Below are positions 1 to 10,914 of a stretch of 64,000 bases of DNA, one piece after another. The DNA is taken from assembly GCA_963422365.1 (NCBI GenBank), contig OY729426.1, forward strand, positions 1,440,001-1,504,000, written 5' to 3'. The notes below the pieces were generated by a model. That model had not been told where the DNA came from. It searched no databases and worked only from the letters and a program-made list of their open reading frames with translations. The position numbers and the translations under genes are program-made. Source of the DNA: Nitrospirales bacterium. Its GTDB lineage: Bacteria > Nitrospirota > Nitrospiria > Nitrospirales > UBA8639. Position 1 is the stretch's first letter. The number at the start of each line of letters is the position of its first letter.

Positions 1-1518
1 TCCTTCGAGGGCTTGGGCCGTCGTCATGAGTTCCTTCATTCGTGTATCACCGTCGACTAACTCTTGCAGACGCGACTCTTGGGCTAAGGCGTCTTTCAAG
101 GTGATGTTGAGTTGTGTCGGCACGAGTTTGGCGACTCGATCCACTTCGGCGTAGGGCATATCCATCACGCGCCCTACGTCTCGGATGGCAGCCTTCGCGC
201 CCAATGTCCCGAACGTGATGATTTGGCACACATGGTCGGCGCCGTATTTTTCGATCACATAGTTGATGACTTCTCCCCGGCGATCCATGCAGAAATCCAT
301 GTCGATATCCGGCATGCTCACCCGTTCGGGATTAAGGAACCGTTCAAAGAGCAAGTTGTACGCGAGTGGATCCAAATCGGTGATGGAGAGGGCATAGGCA
401 ATCAAACTCCCGGCCGCCGACCCTCGACCTGGTCCCACCGGGATGCCGCGGAACCGAGCAAATTTAATAATGTCCCATACCACAAGGAAATAGCCGGCAT
501 AGCCCATATGCGTGAGCACGGCTAATTCTTCTTGAAGGCGCAGATGGTAGGCCTCCAGCGGAAGGCTCGAAGGCCGGAGCGTCAGGCGTTCGGCCAAGCC
601 CTCTTTGGCTAATTTCTCAAGGTAGGTTTCATGGGTGAATCCCTCAGGCACTTGGTAGTGAGGGAGCGATAAGGGGCCATCGATCCGGTCCAAATTGCAT
701 TGTTCTGCAATTCGACAGGTGTTCAGCACGGCTTCCGGCAGCTCCGAAAAATCCGCAACCATCTCTTCCGTCGACTTGACGTACAGTTGGTCGGTGTCGA
801 ACTTCAGTCGGTTCGTGTCGCTTAACGTTTTGCCGGTTTGCAGGCACAACATGATTTCATGCGGACGTGCATCTTCTTTGTTCAAGTAGTGGCAATCGTT
901 TGTTCCCACCAAAGGAATGCCGAGTTTTTTATGGATGTCCACGAGGCCTCGGTTGGCGATCAATTGATGATCGAGCCCGTTGGCTTGAACTTCGAGATAA
1001 TAGTGGTCTTTCCCAAAGATCTCGCGGTATTGTCCGGCCGTGTGCGAGGCCTTTTCCATATCCTGTTGGCCGATAAGATAGGGCACTTCTCCGCTCAAAC
1101 ACCCGGATAAGGCAATGAGGCCCTCGTGGTGTTCTTGCAAGAGCTCTTTATCCATCCGGGGTTTGTAGTAAAACCCTTCAAGATAGGCCTTGCTCGACAG
1201 CTTGATGAGGTTATGGTAGCCCCTGAGATTGGTAGCTAGGAGAATTAAATGATAATAGTCATTATGCGCCAACAGGCCTTCGCGTTGTCGCCGACTGCCG
1301 GGTGCGAGATAGGCTTCACACCCGATGATGGGTTTCACCCCTTGGGCCATGGCCCTTCCATGGAAGTCGATTGCTCCAAAGAGGTTGCCATGGTCCGTGA
1401 TGGCGAGAGCAGGTTGTTGAAATTCCTGGACCTGCTTGAGAAGCGGACGCAGTTGATTTGCGCCGTCCAGTAGGCTGTACTGAGTGTGCAGGTGCAGGTG
1501 AACGAATTGGGAAGACAA
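1..1518 (-). CDS. dnaE: DNA polymerase III alpha subunit (5' part; runs off the window edge)
   Basis: Manual minus-strand translation from TTG at 1518 gives SSQFVHLHLHTQYSLLDGAN...LAITDHGNLFGA (PHP domain) and later MGYAGYFLV and HVCQIITFGTLGAKAAIRDVGRV. The segments checked are in one frame through base 1. Absent from the ORF track because it has no stop in the window. Confidence 0.95.
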   Translation of the reverse strand, partial: MSSQFVHLHLHTQYSLLDGANQLRPLLKQVQEFQQPALAITDHGNLFGAIDFHGRAMAQGVKPIIGCEAYLAPGSRRQREGLLAHNDYYHLILLATNLRGYHNLIKLSSKAYLEGFYYKPRMDKELLQEHHEGLIALSGCLSGEVPYLIGQQDMEKASHTAGQYREIFGKDHYYLEVQANGLDHQLIANRGLVDIHKKLGIPLVGTNDCHYLNKEDARPHEIMLCLQTGKTLSDTNRLKFDTDQLYVKSTEEMVADFSELPEAVLNTCRIAEQCNLDRIDGPLSLPHYQVPEGFTHETYLEKLAKEGLAERLTLRPSSLPLEAYHLRLQEELAVLTHMGYAGYFLVVWDIIKFARFRGIPVGPGRGSAAGSLIAYALSITDLDPLAYNLLFERFLNPERVSMPDIDMDFCMDRRGEVINYVIEKYGADHVCQIITFGTLGAKAAIRDVGRVMDMPYAEVDRVAKLVPTQLNITLKDALAQESRLQELVDGDTRMKELMTTAQALEG

Positions 1519-1844
1519 GGGGGGAACCTTAGACTACAGCATTATGATCGGGAGGAGAGGGCGGTTCCCTCGCTTCCATGGAAAAATTATTGACCACCGT
1601 GGATTATGAATGTGACGGAAAAGACAGAGACGGGGTGAGGAGATGATCGCACCGACGGGTTATGCCTTGGGCTTCGGCACAATCCCCCCCCCTATGCCCA
1701 CCCAAGTGAGCTTCCCCAAGTCCTGGAAAATTCTAACCCTGGGTCTAGGGGATGTCAACGAAGGTATCCGTCTCAACCAGGATGACAGAAAGACCGTACA
1801 AGATGAGGAGGATGTGGACTTCGAAACCCTTGGGTGATCGGAAG

Positions 1845-2348
1845 TTATTGATTTTTCCCCAAGCTCAGCTCGTATAATAACGCCTTCCAGCCTTGCTCTT
1901 CTGTAATGAACCCCTTGGGTTGGACCACCGGCAGCATGCCTGTCCCCGGGACTCGCCTCGATTGGCCCATGCTTCCGTTTTTCAGGACCCACATCAGTTC
2001 GCCGGGTGTTCGTAAGGTATGAAATTTCGGATTCGTGAAGTTGCGGGGTTGGATCGGAAGGTTCTTGGCTGCGGCGCCGTCGCCCTTACCTTCGGGTCCA
2101 TGGCAACTGACGCAACCCCCAACACCCAGGAAGATGGTTTTGCCCTCCGCCAGTATTTCCGGAGTCGGTTCAAACGGTGGCTTGACTTTTTTGGTTTTGG
2201 CTAATGCACCGGATGGAACACGAGAAATCGTGATGTCATATTCTCCGCCGGCTTGCCCGTATCCGGTTGGATTCACGCTCCAGGCCACTCCGGAAAATCC
2301 CACCCACAACCCAGCACTGAACGCGACACAGAGCAAACTCCTTCTCAC
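1845..2348 (-). CDS. Monoheme c-type cytochrome, secreted
   Basis: N-terminal signal peptide, single CVSCH heme motif, GKGDG...PRNFT and GTGM (candidate axial Met). Confidence 0.85.
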   Translation of the reverse strand: MRRSLLCVAFSAGLWVGFSGVAWSVNPTGYGQAGGEYDITISRVPSGALAKTKKVKPPFEPTPEILAEGKTIFLGVGGCVSCHGPEGKGDGAAAKNLPIQPRNFTNPKFHTLRTPGELMWVLKNGSMGQSRRVPGTGMLPVVQPKGFITEEQGWKALLYELSLGKNQ

Positions 2349-2477
2349 GGCACTCCCTCCTCATAGATGAAGGTGTAATGATTAAGGCCTCGGACGAAAC
2401 GGATGCCCAGCCTTTGTAAAGGTTTACTCTAGCATTGCTGAAGAATTGCGGGCAATCACGCGGCGGGCATGTGTTGG

Positions 2478-2720
2478 TGTCATCCTCTGAGCCTTTTATT
2501 GGTCATTCTTGTTAGTCTTCACTCATTCGTCGACACTTCCTGCTGTCTCCTTCTGTCATTCTCTGTCAACGAGTGAGTGAATATTGACAATTCTGAGCGT
2601 AGCGCTTGTCCTGAGCGACAGCGAAGGGACTGTCTCTCGTTGAAAACCGAGATCTCTCAAAAAGCAGATCGTTGACGTCGTTCAGGATAACCACTCTGGT
2701 GTTTTGCTCAGGATGACAGA
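2478..2720. repeat. Degenerate REP-like palindromic element remnants
   Basis: Intergenic motifs tgtcatcct, tgtcattct, ttgtcctgagcgacagcgaaggga and gctcaggatgaca resemble decayed GTCA-type palindromic repeats. Confidence 0.4.
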
Positions 2721-2854
2721 AGGAGAACGCAGGGTATTCTCCTGTTAGGAGGCAGGGGAAGGTGTTATGCTAGAATGCGGATCGATCCAAAATCTGACGG
2801 GCCAAGGAGTTGACGGGGAGATGACTCTGACACGAATCCCCTGGGGGCATATCT

Positions 2855-3472
2855 ATGCCTTTTGATGAACGGACCAGAATTCGCTATTTCTCAGGCATGC
2901 GTCGCCGGATCGTTGAATTACGAGCACAATCGGAACGCAGTCTGGATTTTGCCATCGACACGATGATGCTGGAACGCGCTGAAAGTTACTTCAAGGTTGA
3001 AACCGGTCTGGTGGAAATCGAGCGGATGGTGACGCTTATCGAAGAGGAATTGGGTGAGGTCCAGGAACTGACCCATGCTCAACGCCTGGAAGCCCGCCTG
3101 GAATTCATTGAGGATCGTTTTGAAGATTTCGATAGCGAAATCTATCAACGTCCCAAGCGACGACGGCGAAAAATCAATCTGTTTGATTTCTTTAAGAAAG
3201 CGGCCGGCAATGGTGAGGTAACGGCTTCTCAAGGAGAAATCAGCTCTCACCAAGAAGCGTATCAGGCCTTGGGCCTAGATTTTGGGCGATCGATGGTGGC
3301 GGTCACCCGGGCCTTTCGTCAAAAAGCCAAAACACTGCATCCCGATTTTAATAAAGGTGACCGTAGCGCCGAACCCGAACTGCGGCGCATCATCGAGGCG
3401 TACCAATTTCTCAGGGCGGATTCCTCGATCCCTCGCACTGAAGCCCACGGGGCGGAAGACCAAACACGGTAA
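2855..3472 (+). CDS. J-domain (DnaJ-family) protein with N-terminal coiled coil
   Basis: C-terminal AYQALGL...AFRQKAKTLHPD...IIEAYQFL is a J-domain with an intact HPD motif. Confidence 0.85.
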   Translation: MPFDERTRIRYFSGMRRRIVELRAQSERSLDFAIDTMMLERAESYFKVETGLVEIERMVTLIEEELGEVQELTHAQRLEARLEFIEDRFEDFDSEIYQRPKRRRRKINLFDFFKKAAGNGEVTASQGEISSHQEAYQALGLDFGRSMVAVTRAFRQKAKTLHPDFNKGDRSAEPELRRIIEAYQFLRADSSIPRTEAHGAEDQTR

Positions 3473-3490
3473 GGCTAAGCGCCGTCAGGG

Positions 3491-3851
3491 TCATGCTCGC
3501 TCCCGTTCCAAGAGTTTCTTCGCCGTTTCAGGGGGCAGGGCAAGGATGACCATTTTGTCTTTTTCGACTAAGGGACGTTGGAGCAGGATAGGTAATCATC
3601 AGTTCGATCAATTCATCTTCGGACTTGTCGGCTTTGGCGAGGCCTGACGTTTCATACGGCTCTTCTTTCGTGCGTAGCACTTCCTAGGCGTTGAGCCCGC
3701 CCTTTTTCAGTAAGGCTGTGAGTGTGGTTTTCGACTAGGGTGTTTCGTAATAGTTGACGGCCGTAAAGGCTTGTACGCTTTCCTGAACGAGCTTCACGAC
3801 TTGCCGACATGTTGAACCCGTTGGTTTCTGGTAGATGGTGATGGGTGCCTT
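3491..3851 (-). pseudogene. ArsC/Spx-family (arsenate reductase-like) pseudogene
   Basis: Minus strand reads ITIYQKPTGSTCRQVVKLVQ...NYYETP*SKTTLTALLKKGGLNA*EVLRTKEEPY...DELIELMITYP then frameshifts to LQRPLVEKDK. There are two TAG stops, one frameshift, and AAG where the start is expected after AGGAGG. Confidence 0.8.
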
Positions 3852-3970
3852 CGGTTCCTCCTTTCACGAAGGCTCCTCGTTATCTTGACGGAATTTTTCT
3901 GTGCGTGGTACAAGCTGGCGGGACAGCCCTGTCCGTAACCTTCTTGTATGAGACGGCGCCTCCCACGATT

Positions 3971-4339
3971 ATGGCAACCCCACAGGTTCCTGAGGACATT
4001 GAATTTGAGGTGGCGATGGATTCCCGTCGGAGCTTAAAAGATCTTCGTGTACGCAAACACGGACAACCCGTTTGCGTCGTGGGATCTGGTGAGGATCGGA
4101 AAGGCAAAGAAGCCGTCTTTCAACATTTCAATGTTCGCTTGGCCATCGTGAAATTTCCTGATGGAAAAATCCTGGGCTATGATCCGCAGGACCTGTTGCT
4201 GCCGTGCGAGATTCATGAGGATGGAGAAGCGTTTTTTGAAGTTCGTCCCTGCGTGCTGTGCAATCAAATCTTCCCTTTGACTTCCGATGAATTTCGAGCC
4301 GAGCAGGAGCGGATCGAATGTCCTGAATGCCAGCCGTGA
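3971..4339 (+). CDS. Hypothetical protein with C-terminal zinc-ribbon
   Basis: ATG at 3971; CVLC...CPEC cysteine pairs at the C-terminus. Confidence 0.65.
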   Translation: MATPQVPEDIEFEVAMDSRRSLKDLRVRKHGQPVCVVGSGEDRKGKEAVFQHFNVRLAIVKFPDGKILGYDPQDLLLPCEIHEDGEAFFEVRPCVLCNQIFPLTSDEFRAEQERIECPECQP

Positions 4340-4350
4340 TCGTTGGAAAC

Positions 4351-5202
4351 TCAGTCATCGCCCCATTTCAGTTTATTCCGTAAGACATCATAGTACGTCC
4401 GGTCAGGAAAGCGGATGAGGCGTGTTCTGTGGGGTGAGGCGTTCATCCGTAACGTGTCTTCATGCTCCATGGGAATTCCGATTTGTCCATCAAATGTCAC
4501 GGTGCCCCCCTCGTTGCTGGTTAATTGGATCTCAAGCAATACTTGGCTTGGGACAAGGAGGGGACGGTGGGTGAGGGTATGGGGGCTGATGGGCGTCAGG
4601 ACCATGGTTTCGAGACGTGGGTCTAAAATCGGGCCGCCGACAGACATGGAGTAGGCCGTGGACCCGGTTGGAGACGCAAGAATCAAGCCATCGCCTCGGA
4701 GCGTCGTCACGAATTGTGTGTCTATCTGAATGCTCGTGGTGATCATTCGTCCCGAGGTCCCTTTGCTGATGACCGCGTCGTTCAATGCCGTTCGTTGTTG
4801 TTGTTCTCCGTTTTTGTGACAGATACGGGCCTGGAGGCGTAGACGGTGATCTACATAAAATTCTTGTGCAAAGACTTTTTCCAGAGAGTCGTACATCGTT
4901 TCTACCGTGCTCTCCGTCAGAAACCCCAAGCCTCCCAAATTGACCCCTAAAATAGGGATGGATCGTTCTTCGACGAGTCGGGCTGCCCGCAACATCGTCC
5001 CGTCTCCGCCGAGCACGAGCACAAGGTCGGCCTCAGCGGCAATTTGCTCGTCAATCGGTTGCTTGCCTTCGTAAAAGTATTCCCCGGAGGAGGAGCCGAA
5101 CAGGACGGTTTTCTGTTTCCGTTCGAGCCAGTCGAGCAGTTCCTCGAGGAGGGGGCGAATGTCGGGAAATTGGGGCTTGGTTAAGATGCCGATGATGGTC
5201 AA
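4351..5202 (-). CDS. nadK: NAD kinase
   Basis: GGDGTML, GVNLGGLGFL, ALND and DGLILASPTGSTAY motifs. TTG start at 5202 inferred from where the family-like sequence begins. Confidence 0.95.
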   Translation of the reverse strand: MTIIGILTKPQFPDIRPLLEELLDWLERKQKTVLFGSSSGEYFYEGKQPIDEQIAAEADLVLVLGGDGTMLRAARLVEERSIPILGVNLGGLGFLTESTVETMYDSLEKVFAQEFYVDHRLRLQARICHKNGEQQQRTALNDAVISKGTSGRMITTSIQIDTQFVTTLRGDGLILASPTGSTAYSMSVGGPILDPRLETMVLTPISPHTLTHRPLLVPSQVLLEIQLTSNEGGTVTFDGQIGIPMEHEDTLRMNASPHRTRLIRFPDRTYYDVLRNKLKWGDD

Positions 5203-5412
5203 GAGCGACTCATGCCTGTAGGCAAAAGATAGGTCAGTGAAGGGGAGCTGAAACTGTGAGACATGCCCGCACCGTTTTGAAGAGATAGACAAAAAATTGT
5301 ATCGTTCACCACATCCGGAGTCAACGGAGAAATGTTGCGAGCGTTCTGTCGCTCTTGACGTCGGCGTCGGAATATGAAACCTTACGTTATCAGTCTCAGT
5401 CGTGGCCGTGCC

Positions 5413-5442
5413 TTGACAGGTTTCTGATTGGATGGATACACT
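5413..5442 (+). promoter_or_regulatory. Candidate sigma70 promoter upstream of clpC
   Basis: TTGACA-N18-TACACT about 70 bp upstream of the clpC start. Confidence 0.45.
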
Positions 5443-5512
5443 AAATATCGTTTGCCGATGGGATTGACCTAACTCGTAAAGGGTGCATCTCTTTACCTTA
5501 GAAGGAGAGAAA

Positions 5513-7942
5513 ATGTTCGAGCGATTCACGGACAGAGGTCGTAAGATTATAATTCTGGCCCGCGAAGAGGCTGAACGCCATCAGAATGACTATCTGGGCA
5601 CGGAGCATTTAGTGCTGGCTATTCTCCGTGAGTCCGATGGCATTGCCCTCATGATCATTAAAAAAATGGGGTTGTCTCCCGAGCAGATTCGTTTAGAAGT
5701 TGAACGCAGTTTGCCCAGTGGTGGGACGACCATCACCTTCGGGGAAATTCCCTTTAGCCCCCGTGTCAAGAAGGTTATTGAATACGGTGTCGAAGAGGCT
5801 CGGCTTCTTGGACATAATCATATCGGGAGTGAACATCTCCTGTTGGGGTTGTTGCGAGAAGAGGAAGGGATCGGCGGAAAGGTGCTTCGCAGTTTAGGCG
5901 GCAATCTGCTCACGGCTCGTCAATTGACCGTGACCTTCTTGCGGAAATCGGGAACACGGGAGCGGGAGAAGAAAAGCAGTACCCCAGCGCTCGATGAATT
6001 CGGCAGAGACCTAACGCAACTGGCCCAAGATTCCATGTTGGATCCCGTCATCGGCCGCGGAGATGAAATCGAACGGGTCCTGCAGATTTTGAGCCGTCGT
6101 TCTAAAAATAATCCGGCCTTGATCGGCGAATCCGGGGTGGGTAAAACCGCGATCGTTGAAGGGTTAGCCCAACGAATCATCTCGATGGATGTTCCTGATA
6201 ATCTCTTGAACCGGCGGGTGATTGCGTTGGACCTGGGGTCTCTGGTTGCCGGCACGAAGTATCGAGGGCAATTTGAGGAACGGCTAAAGGTGGTCATGAA
6301 GGAAATTGTTCAGGCCGGCAACGTTATCTTGTTCATTGATGAGCTGCATACCTTAGTTGGGGCTGGGGCGGCTGAAGGGTCGATCGATGCCGCCAATATG
6401 CTCAAGCCGGCGTTGTCTCGAGGCGAGATTCACTGTATCGGGGCGACCACCATGGATGAATACCGAAAGCATATTGAGAAAGACGGCGCCTTGAAACGGC
6501 GGTTCCAGCCTATTTACGTGAATCCGCCTTCCGTGGAAGAAACCGTGAAGATTATTCAAGGCTTGAGGGACCGCTATGAAGAGCATCACGGCGTGGAAAT
6601 TTCGGATGATGCAGTGGTGGAAGCCGTGAAATTGACTGATCGCTACATCACGGATCGGTTTCTGCCTGATAAGGCGATTGATTTGATTGATGAGACAGGG
6701 TCGCGAGCCAAGTTGCAATCGTATTCACTGCCTCCGGAGTTGAAATCGTTGGAACAGGAACTCAAGCGCGTGGCACACGAAAAAGAACTCGCCATTGGGT
6801 TGCAAAGCTTTGAAGATGCCGTGCAATTCCGGGAAGAAGAAGAACGACTGCGTAAACTGTTGGAGGATGCCAAGCGTGATTGGAAGAAGAACCAAGAGCA
6901 GCACAAGCCTGTCATTGGGGCCGAGGAAGTCAGTTTTGTGGTGTCCAAGATCACGGGCATTCCGCTCTTTAAACTCGAGGAGGAAGAGTCTGAAAAACTA
7001 CTTCACATGGAAGACTTCCTCCACAAACGTATCGTGGGGCAAGAAGAAGCCATTTCGGCTGTCTGCCGCGCCATTCGTCGTTCACGAGCCGGTCTCAAAG
7101 AGTCGCGTAAGCCGATCGGCTCCTTTATCTTTCTAGGACCGACGGGTGTCGGGAAAACCGAGTTGGCCCGGGCCTTGGCGGAGTTCTTGTTTAATACCGA
7201 AGATGCCTTGATTCGAATCGATATGTCTGAATACCAGGAGAAATTTACGAGTTCTCGGTTATTCGGTGCCCCTCCGGGGTACGTCGGCTATGAAGAGGGC
7301 GGGCAGTTGACCGAGAAAGTGCGGCGGCGTCCCTATTCGGTGGTGTTGTTCGATGAAATTGAAAAAGCCCATCCGGATATCTTCAATGTCCTCTTACAGG
7401 TCTTGGATGATGGACTGCTCACGGATAGCCTGGGGCGGAAAGTTGATTTCAAAAATGCTATTCTCGTGATGACGTCCAATCTCGGAACAAAGCTTATTCA
7501 GAAGGGTGTGTCTCTTGGGTTCCAAAAGGTCGAAGAGGCTGAAACTCGGCAGCGAATGAAGAATGATGTGTTGGATGAATTGAAACGGAGTTTCAGTCCG
7601 GAATTTTTGAATCGGATCGATGATTTTGTGGTCTTCCATTCGTTGGAAAAAGAGCATCTGCTGAACATTGTCGATATTTTGATCCGCGAGTTGAACGACC
7701 GATTGGCGGAGCGTGACGTCCAGTTAGAGATCGGCGACGACGTCAAGCAATGGCTGATTGCACAAGGGTATCAACCGCAGTACGGGGCCAGGCCCATGAG
7801 ACGAACCATACAAAAGCTTCTGGGTGATCCCTTGTCCGATGAACTCATTCGAGGGCGCTTCAAGGAGACTAAGAAAATTAAAGTCGTGCTTCGAGATAAC
7901 GCTCCTATTTTTGTTGAAGAAGAGGCGATGGCGAGTGTCTGA
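5513..7942 (+). CDS. clpC: ATP-dependent Clp protease ATP-binding subunit ClpC
   Basis: MFERFTD start after an AGGAG RBS, two Clp N repeats, two AAA+ modules ([16 protein letters not shown]) and a UVR-like middle coil. Confidence 0.95.
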   Translation: MFERFTDRGRKIIILAREEAERHQNDYLGTEHLVLAILRESDGIALMIIKKMGLSPEQIRLEVERSLPSGGTTITFGEIPFSPRVKKVIEYGVEEARLLGHNHIGSEHLLLGLLREEEGIGGKVLRSLGGNLLTARQLTVTFLRKSGTREREKKSSTPALDEFGRDLTQLAQDSMLDPVIGRGDEIERVLQILSRRSKNNPALIGESGVGKTAIVEGLAQRIISMDVPDNLLNRRVIALDLGSLVAGTKYRGQFEERLKVVMKEIVQAGNVILFIDELHTLVGAGAAEGSIDAANMLKPALSRGEIHCIGATTMDEYRKHIEKDGALKRRFQPIYVNPPSVEETVKIIQGLRDRYEEHHGVEISDDAVVEAVKLTDRYITDRFLPDKAIDLIDETGSRAKLQSYSLPPELKSLEQELKRVAHEKELAIGLQSFEDAVQFREEEERLRKLLEDAKRDWKKNQEQHKPVIGAEEVSFVVSKITGIPLFKLEEEESEKLLHMEDFLHKRIVGQEEAISAVCRAIRRSRAGLKESRKPIGSFIFLGPTGVGKTELARALAEFLFNTEDALIRIDMSEYQEKFTSSRLFGAPPGYVGYEEGGQLTEKVRRRPYSVVLFDEIEKAHPDIFNVLLQVLDDGLLTDSLGRKVDFKNAILVMTSNLGTKLIQKGVSLGFQKVEEAETRQRMKNDVLDELKRSFSPEFLNRIDDFVVFHSLEKEHLLNIVDILIRELNDRLAERDVQLEIGDDVKQWLIAQGYQPQYGARPMRRTIQKLLGDPLSDELIRGRFKETKKIKVVLRDNAPIFVEEEAMASV

Positions 7943-8071
7943 ACATTCGACGATGCCTCGGTTACGGTAAGACGACCGTCATTCACAGCTTGTTCCCCTT
8001 CCCTTGAGAGACGACTCTCGTTACCCCATGTGGCGAGAGTCGTTGTTTTTTATGACAACCTTCCCCCAGTG

Positions 8072-9163
8072 ATGCGTCGAAACGGCCAAGACCCCACAAG
8101 TCCTCCATCTTGCTTGCAACCCCCAAGTCTCTTGGGAATCGAAACGTCTTGTGACGAAACGGCTGCTGCGGTGTTATCACTCCAAGGATGTCTGTTGTCG
8201 AGTCTTGTGGCTTCTCAACACCAGGTGCATAGCCGTTTCGGCGGAGTGGTGCCGGAGTTGGCCTCGAGAAAACACCTGGAACGGATTGAAGGGGTGACGC
8301 AAGCGGCTCTTGATCAGGCAGGTGTCCGTTGGTCCGATCTTCAGGCGATTGCGGTGACGCGAGGGCCTGGGCTTGCCGGTGCGCTGGTTGTCGGGGTGAG
8401 TTTTGGGAAAGCCCTTGCGTATGCCTTAGGCGTGCCTTACATTGGCGTGCATCATTTGGAAGGCCATATCGCCTCTGCGTGGCTGGAATATCCTGATTTT
8501 GTGACCCCATGTATCGTCCTCGTGGTTTCCGGGGGCCATACGCATTTGTATCTCGTCCCCCAACGTGGCGAATATGAACTCCTTGGAAAGACCCTTGATG
8601 ATGCTGCAGGCGAAGCGTTTGATAAAGGCGCCAAGATGCTGGGACTTTCCTACCCCGGTGGCCCCGCGCTTGATCGTCTGGCTCAAGCTGGGGATCCGTC
8701 GGTCGTCCGTTTCCCGCGTCCGTATTTGAATCGGGGAGGGTTCAATTTTAGTTTCAGTGGACTGAAAACCTCATTGTTGTATTATTTGAAAGATCAACAA
8801 TCACGCAAGGCGTCGCCTTCGCCGGCGCATATTGCCTCAGGGTATCAGGAAGCCATTGTGGACGTGTTGGTTGAAAAATCATTTCGTGCGGTGCGTCGTT
8901 CTCATGTTGCCGGCTTGGCGGTGGTCGGAGGGGTCTGCGCGAACTCTCGCTTGCGAGCGGTTTTGCACGCTCGCGCGGAAAAGGAAAGGATTCGTCTTGC
9001 ATTGCCGCGAATGCATTTTTGCACGGATAATGCCGCGATGGTGGCTGCTGCCGGGTGGTGGGCCCACCAACGACAGCAGTGGTCTTCGTGGGACCTGGAT
9101 GCCCAGCCCCGTCTGGCTATCGAGGCCATGCCGCCCAGGAATGTTTCAGGCGTGACGACGTAG
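8072..9163 (+). CDS. tsaD: tRNA N6-adenosine threonylcarbamoyltransferase
   Basis: LGIETSCDET, GGVVPELASRKH, HHLEGH, VSGGHT, DDAAGEAFDK and CTDNAAMV motifs. Start uncertain (8030-8072). Confidence 0.95.
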   Translation: MRRNGQDPTSPPSCLQPPSLLGIETSCDETAAAVLSLQGCLLSSLVASQHQVHSRFGGVVPELASRKHLERIEGVTQAALDQAGVRWSDLQAIAVTRGPGLAGALVVGVSFGKALAYALGVPYIGVHHLEGHIASAWLEYPDFVTPCIVLVVSGGHTHLYLVPQRGEYELLGKTLDDAAGEAFDKGAKMLGLSYPGGPALDRLAQAGDPSVVRFPRPYLNRGGFNFSFSGLKTSLLYYLKDQQSRKASPSPAHIASGYQEAIVDVLVEKSFRAVRRSHVAGLAVVGGVCANSRLRAVLHARAEKERIRLALPRMHFCTDNAAMVAAAGWWAHQRQQWSSWDLDAQPRLAIEAMPPRNVSGVTT

Positions 9164-9192
9164 TAGGTCGGCACAATCGAAAGGATCCCTCT

Positions 9193-10914
9193 ATTCCACG
9201 TGCCATCGGACATCTGATGGGGTTGAAGCCCAGCCAGGTTACGCGGCTTGAACGGTTGTATCGCCGGCGCGTGCCAGTCGAGAAGGTCATTTCTCCAGAG
9301 TTGGCTCGCTCCTGTACGGAATTGTCGTATGAAATTCGACGGCAAATCGGGCTGCTGATCAATCGACGGGGAATCATTGAATGTGTCATCATTGGAACGG
9401 ACCGTCAGTTGGTGATCCCTGAACTGGCGCGGAGTCGGTCGGGGCCACGGTTATTGCGAGGCGTTCGGTTTGTGCATACCCATCTCAAGAATCAACCGTT
9501 CACCAAAGATGATCTCACCGACCTTGCGCTGCTTCGCTTAGATTTAATGGCGGTGCTTGGCGTGGGCAATGGGGGAGAACCGGTTTCCATCTCGTTAGCC
9601 CACCTGCTGCCGCCCAACCCGCAAGGGAAGGCCTATGAGACCTGGGCACCTCAAAGCTTACAGACGTTTCAGTTTCGATGCGATCACTTTGTGCAATCGC
9701 TGGAGGCTGAAATTTCTAAGGCGACTCCGGCGCTTCGCCGAACGGATGGCAAAGCCAGTGCGTTGCTGGTCAGTGTCACGGCGGGGAGTTGGGCCGATCA
9801 AGAGGAACGACTGCGGGAATGTCAGGAATTAGCGATGTCGCAGGGTATTCAGGTGCTCGGCACCGTGGTGCAACGATTACCTCGTATCAATCCCAAGTAC
9901 GTGTTGGGGGTGGGGAAGATTACCGAGGTGATCATCCACGCGCTTCAAAGCGGGGCTGATTTGTTGATTTTTGATCGAGATCTCACCCCGACCCACATTC
10001 GGTCGTTATCCGAGATGATCGAGTTGAAGGTCATTGATCGGACGCAGTTGATTCTGGATATTTTTGCAAGCCGAGCGCATTCGCGCGCAGGGAACATTCA
10101 AGTGGAACTCGCACAACTCACATATCTGTTGCCGCGGCTGTCTCAATCCAGCAAGGCGTTCTCCCGTTTAGGCGGAGGCATTGGGGCACGCGGGCCCGGT
10201 GAAACCAAACTTGAAACCGACTTGCGACGAGTCCGGGATCGGATTCATCATCTCGAGCGCGAACTGAAGGCTGTGCGTCGTCAACGAGAGCAACACCGGC
10301 CCACGCGTCTTCGCCACGGGATTCCAGTCGTGTCGATCGTGGGTTATACGAACGCGGGGAAATCCACTTTACTGAACACCTTAACCAAGAGCCAGGTGTC
10401 GGCTAAAAATCAGCCGTTTGAAACCTTGGATACCGTCCATCGACGGCTCAGGCTTCCTTCAGGCCTGAACGTGATTCTGACCGACACCGTCGGCTTCATT
10501 CGAGACCTTCCTCAGAATCTCCTGGAGGCCTTTCGCACGACACTCGACGAGCTACATCAGGCTGACTTGCTGGTGCATGTTGTGGATGCCACCGCTTCGG
10601 ATCGTGATCAGCAAATACACATTGTCGAAGGACTCTTGCAAGAACTTGAGTTGCAACACGTGGCTCGGGTAATGGTCATGAATAAATGCGATCGATTGCG
10701 ACTGGAAGACGTGGACGTTCTCAAACGGCGCTTTCAGACCCTTTGTGTCTCGGCTATCCGGAAAGAGACCTTGGTGCCGCTGCAAGACGTGCTGGCCGAT
10801 GCCCTGGGATCGAGCGTGCGATCCGGACAGGTGGCAGAGGCAGCCTGGAGGGTGGACCCGTCATCGGACTTGGTTGCTCCGGCTTCCGGAAGCAGAACGT
10901 CGGACTATGAGTAA
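9193..10914 (+). CDS. hflX: GTPase HflX (long form)
   Basis: DRTQLILDIFA, GPGETKLETD, GYTNAGKST, DTVGF and NKCD motifs. Start uncertain: ATT at 9193 or ATG at 9217. Confidence 0.93.
   Translation: MPRAIGHLMGLKPSQVTRLERLYRRRVPVEKVISPELARSCTELSYEIRRQIGLLINRRGIIECVIIGTDRQLVIPELARSRSGPRLLRGVRFVHTHLKNQPFTKDDLTDLALLRLDLMAVLGVGNGGEPVSISLAHLLPPNPQGKAYETWAPQSLQTFQFRCDHFVQSLEAEISKATPALRRTDGKASALLVSVTAGSWADQEERLRECQELAMSQGIQVLGTVVQRLPRINPKYVLGVGKITEVIIHALQSGADLLIFDRDLTPTHIRSLSEMIELKVIDRTQLILDIFASRAHSRAGNIQVELAQLTYLLPRLSQSSKAFSRLGGGIGARGPGETKLETDLRRVRDRIHHLERELKAVRRQREQHRPTRLRHGIPVVSIVGYTNAGKSTLLNTLTKSQVSAKNQPFETLDTVHRRLRLPSGLNVILTDTVGFIRDLPQNLLEAFRTTLDELHQADLLVHVVDATASDRDQQIHIVEGLLQELELQHVARVMVMNKCDRLRLEDVDVLKRRFQTLCVSAIRKETLVPLQDVLADALGSSVRSGQVAEAAWRVDPSSDLVAPASGSRTSDYE

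Noticed and set aside
112..1473. Plus-strand ORFs 112-525, 838-1110 and 1249-1473
   Set aside because: They are antisense shadows of dnaE.
3652..3867. 71-aa minus-strand ORF
   Set aside because: It is an alternative frame of the ArsC-like pseudogene.
5203..5529. Long N-terminal extension of NadK in the ORF track
   Set aside because: It crosses the divergent promoter region and the clpC start, and family similarity begins only near 5202.
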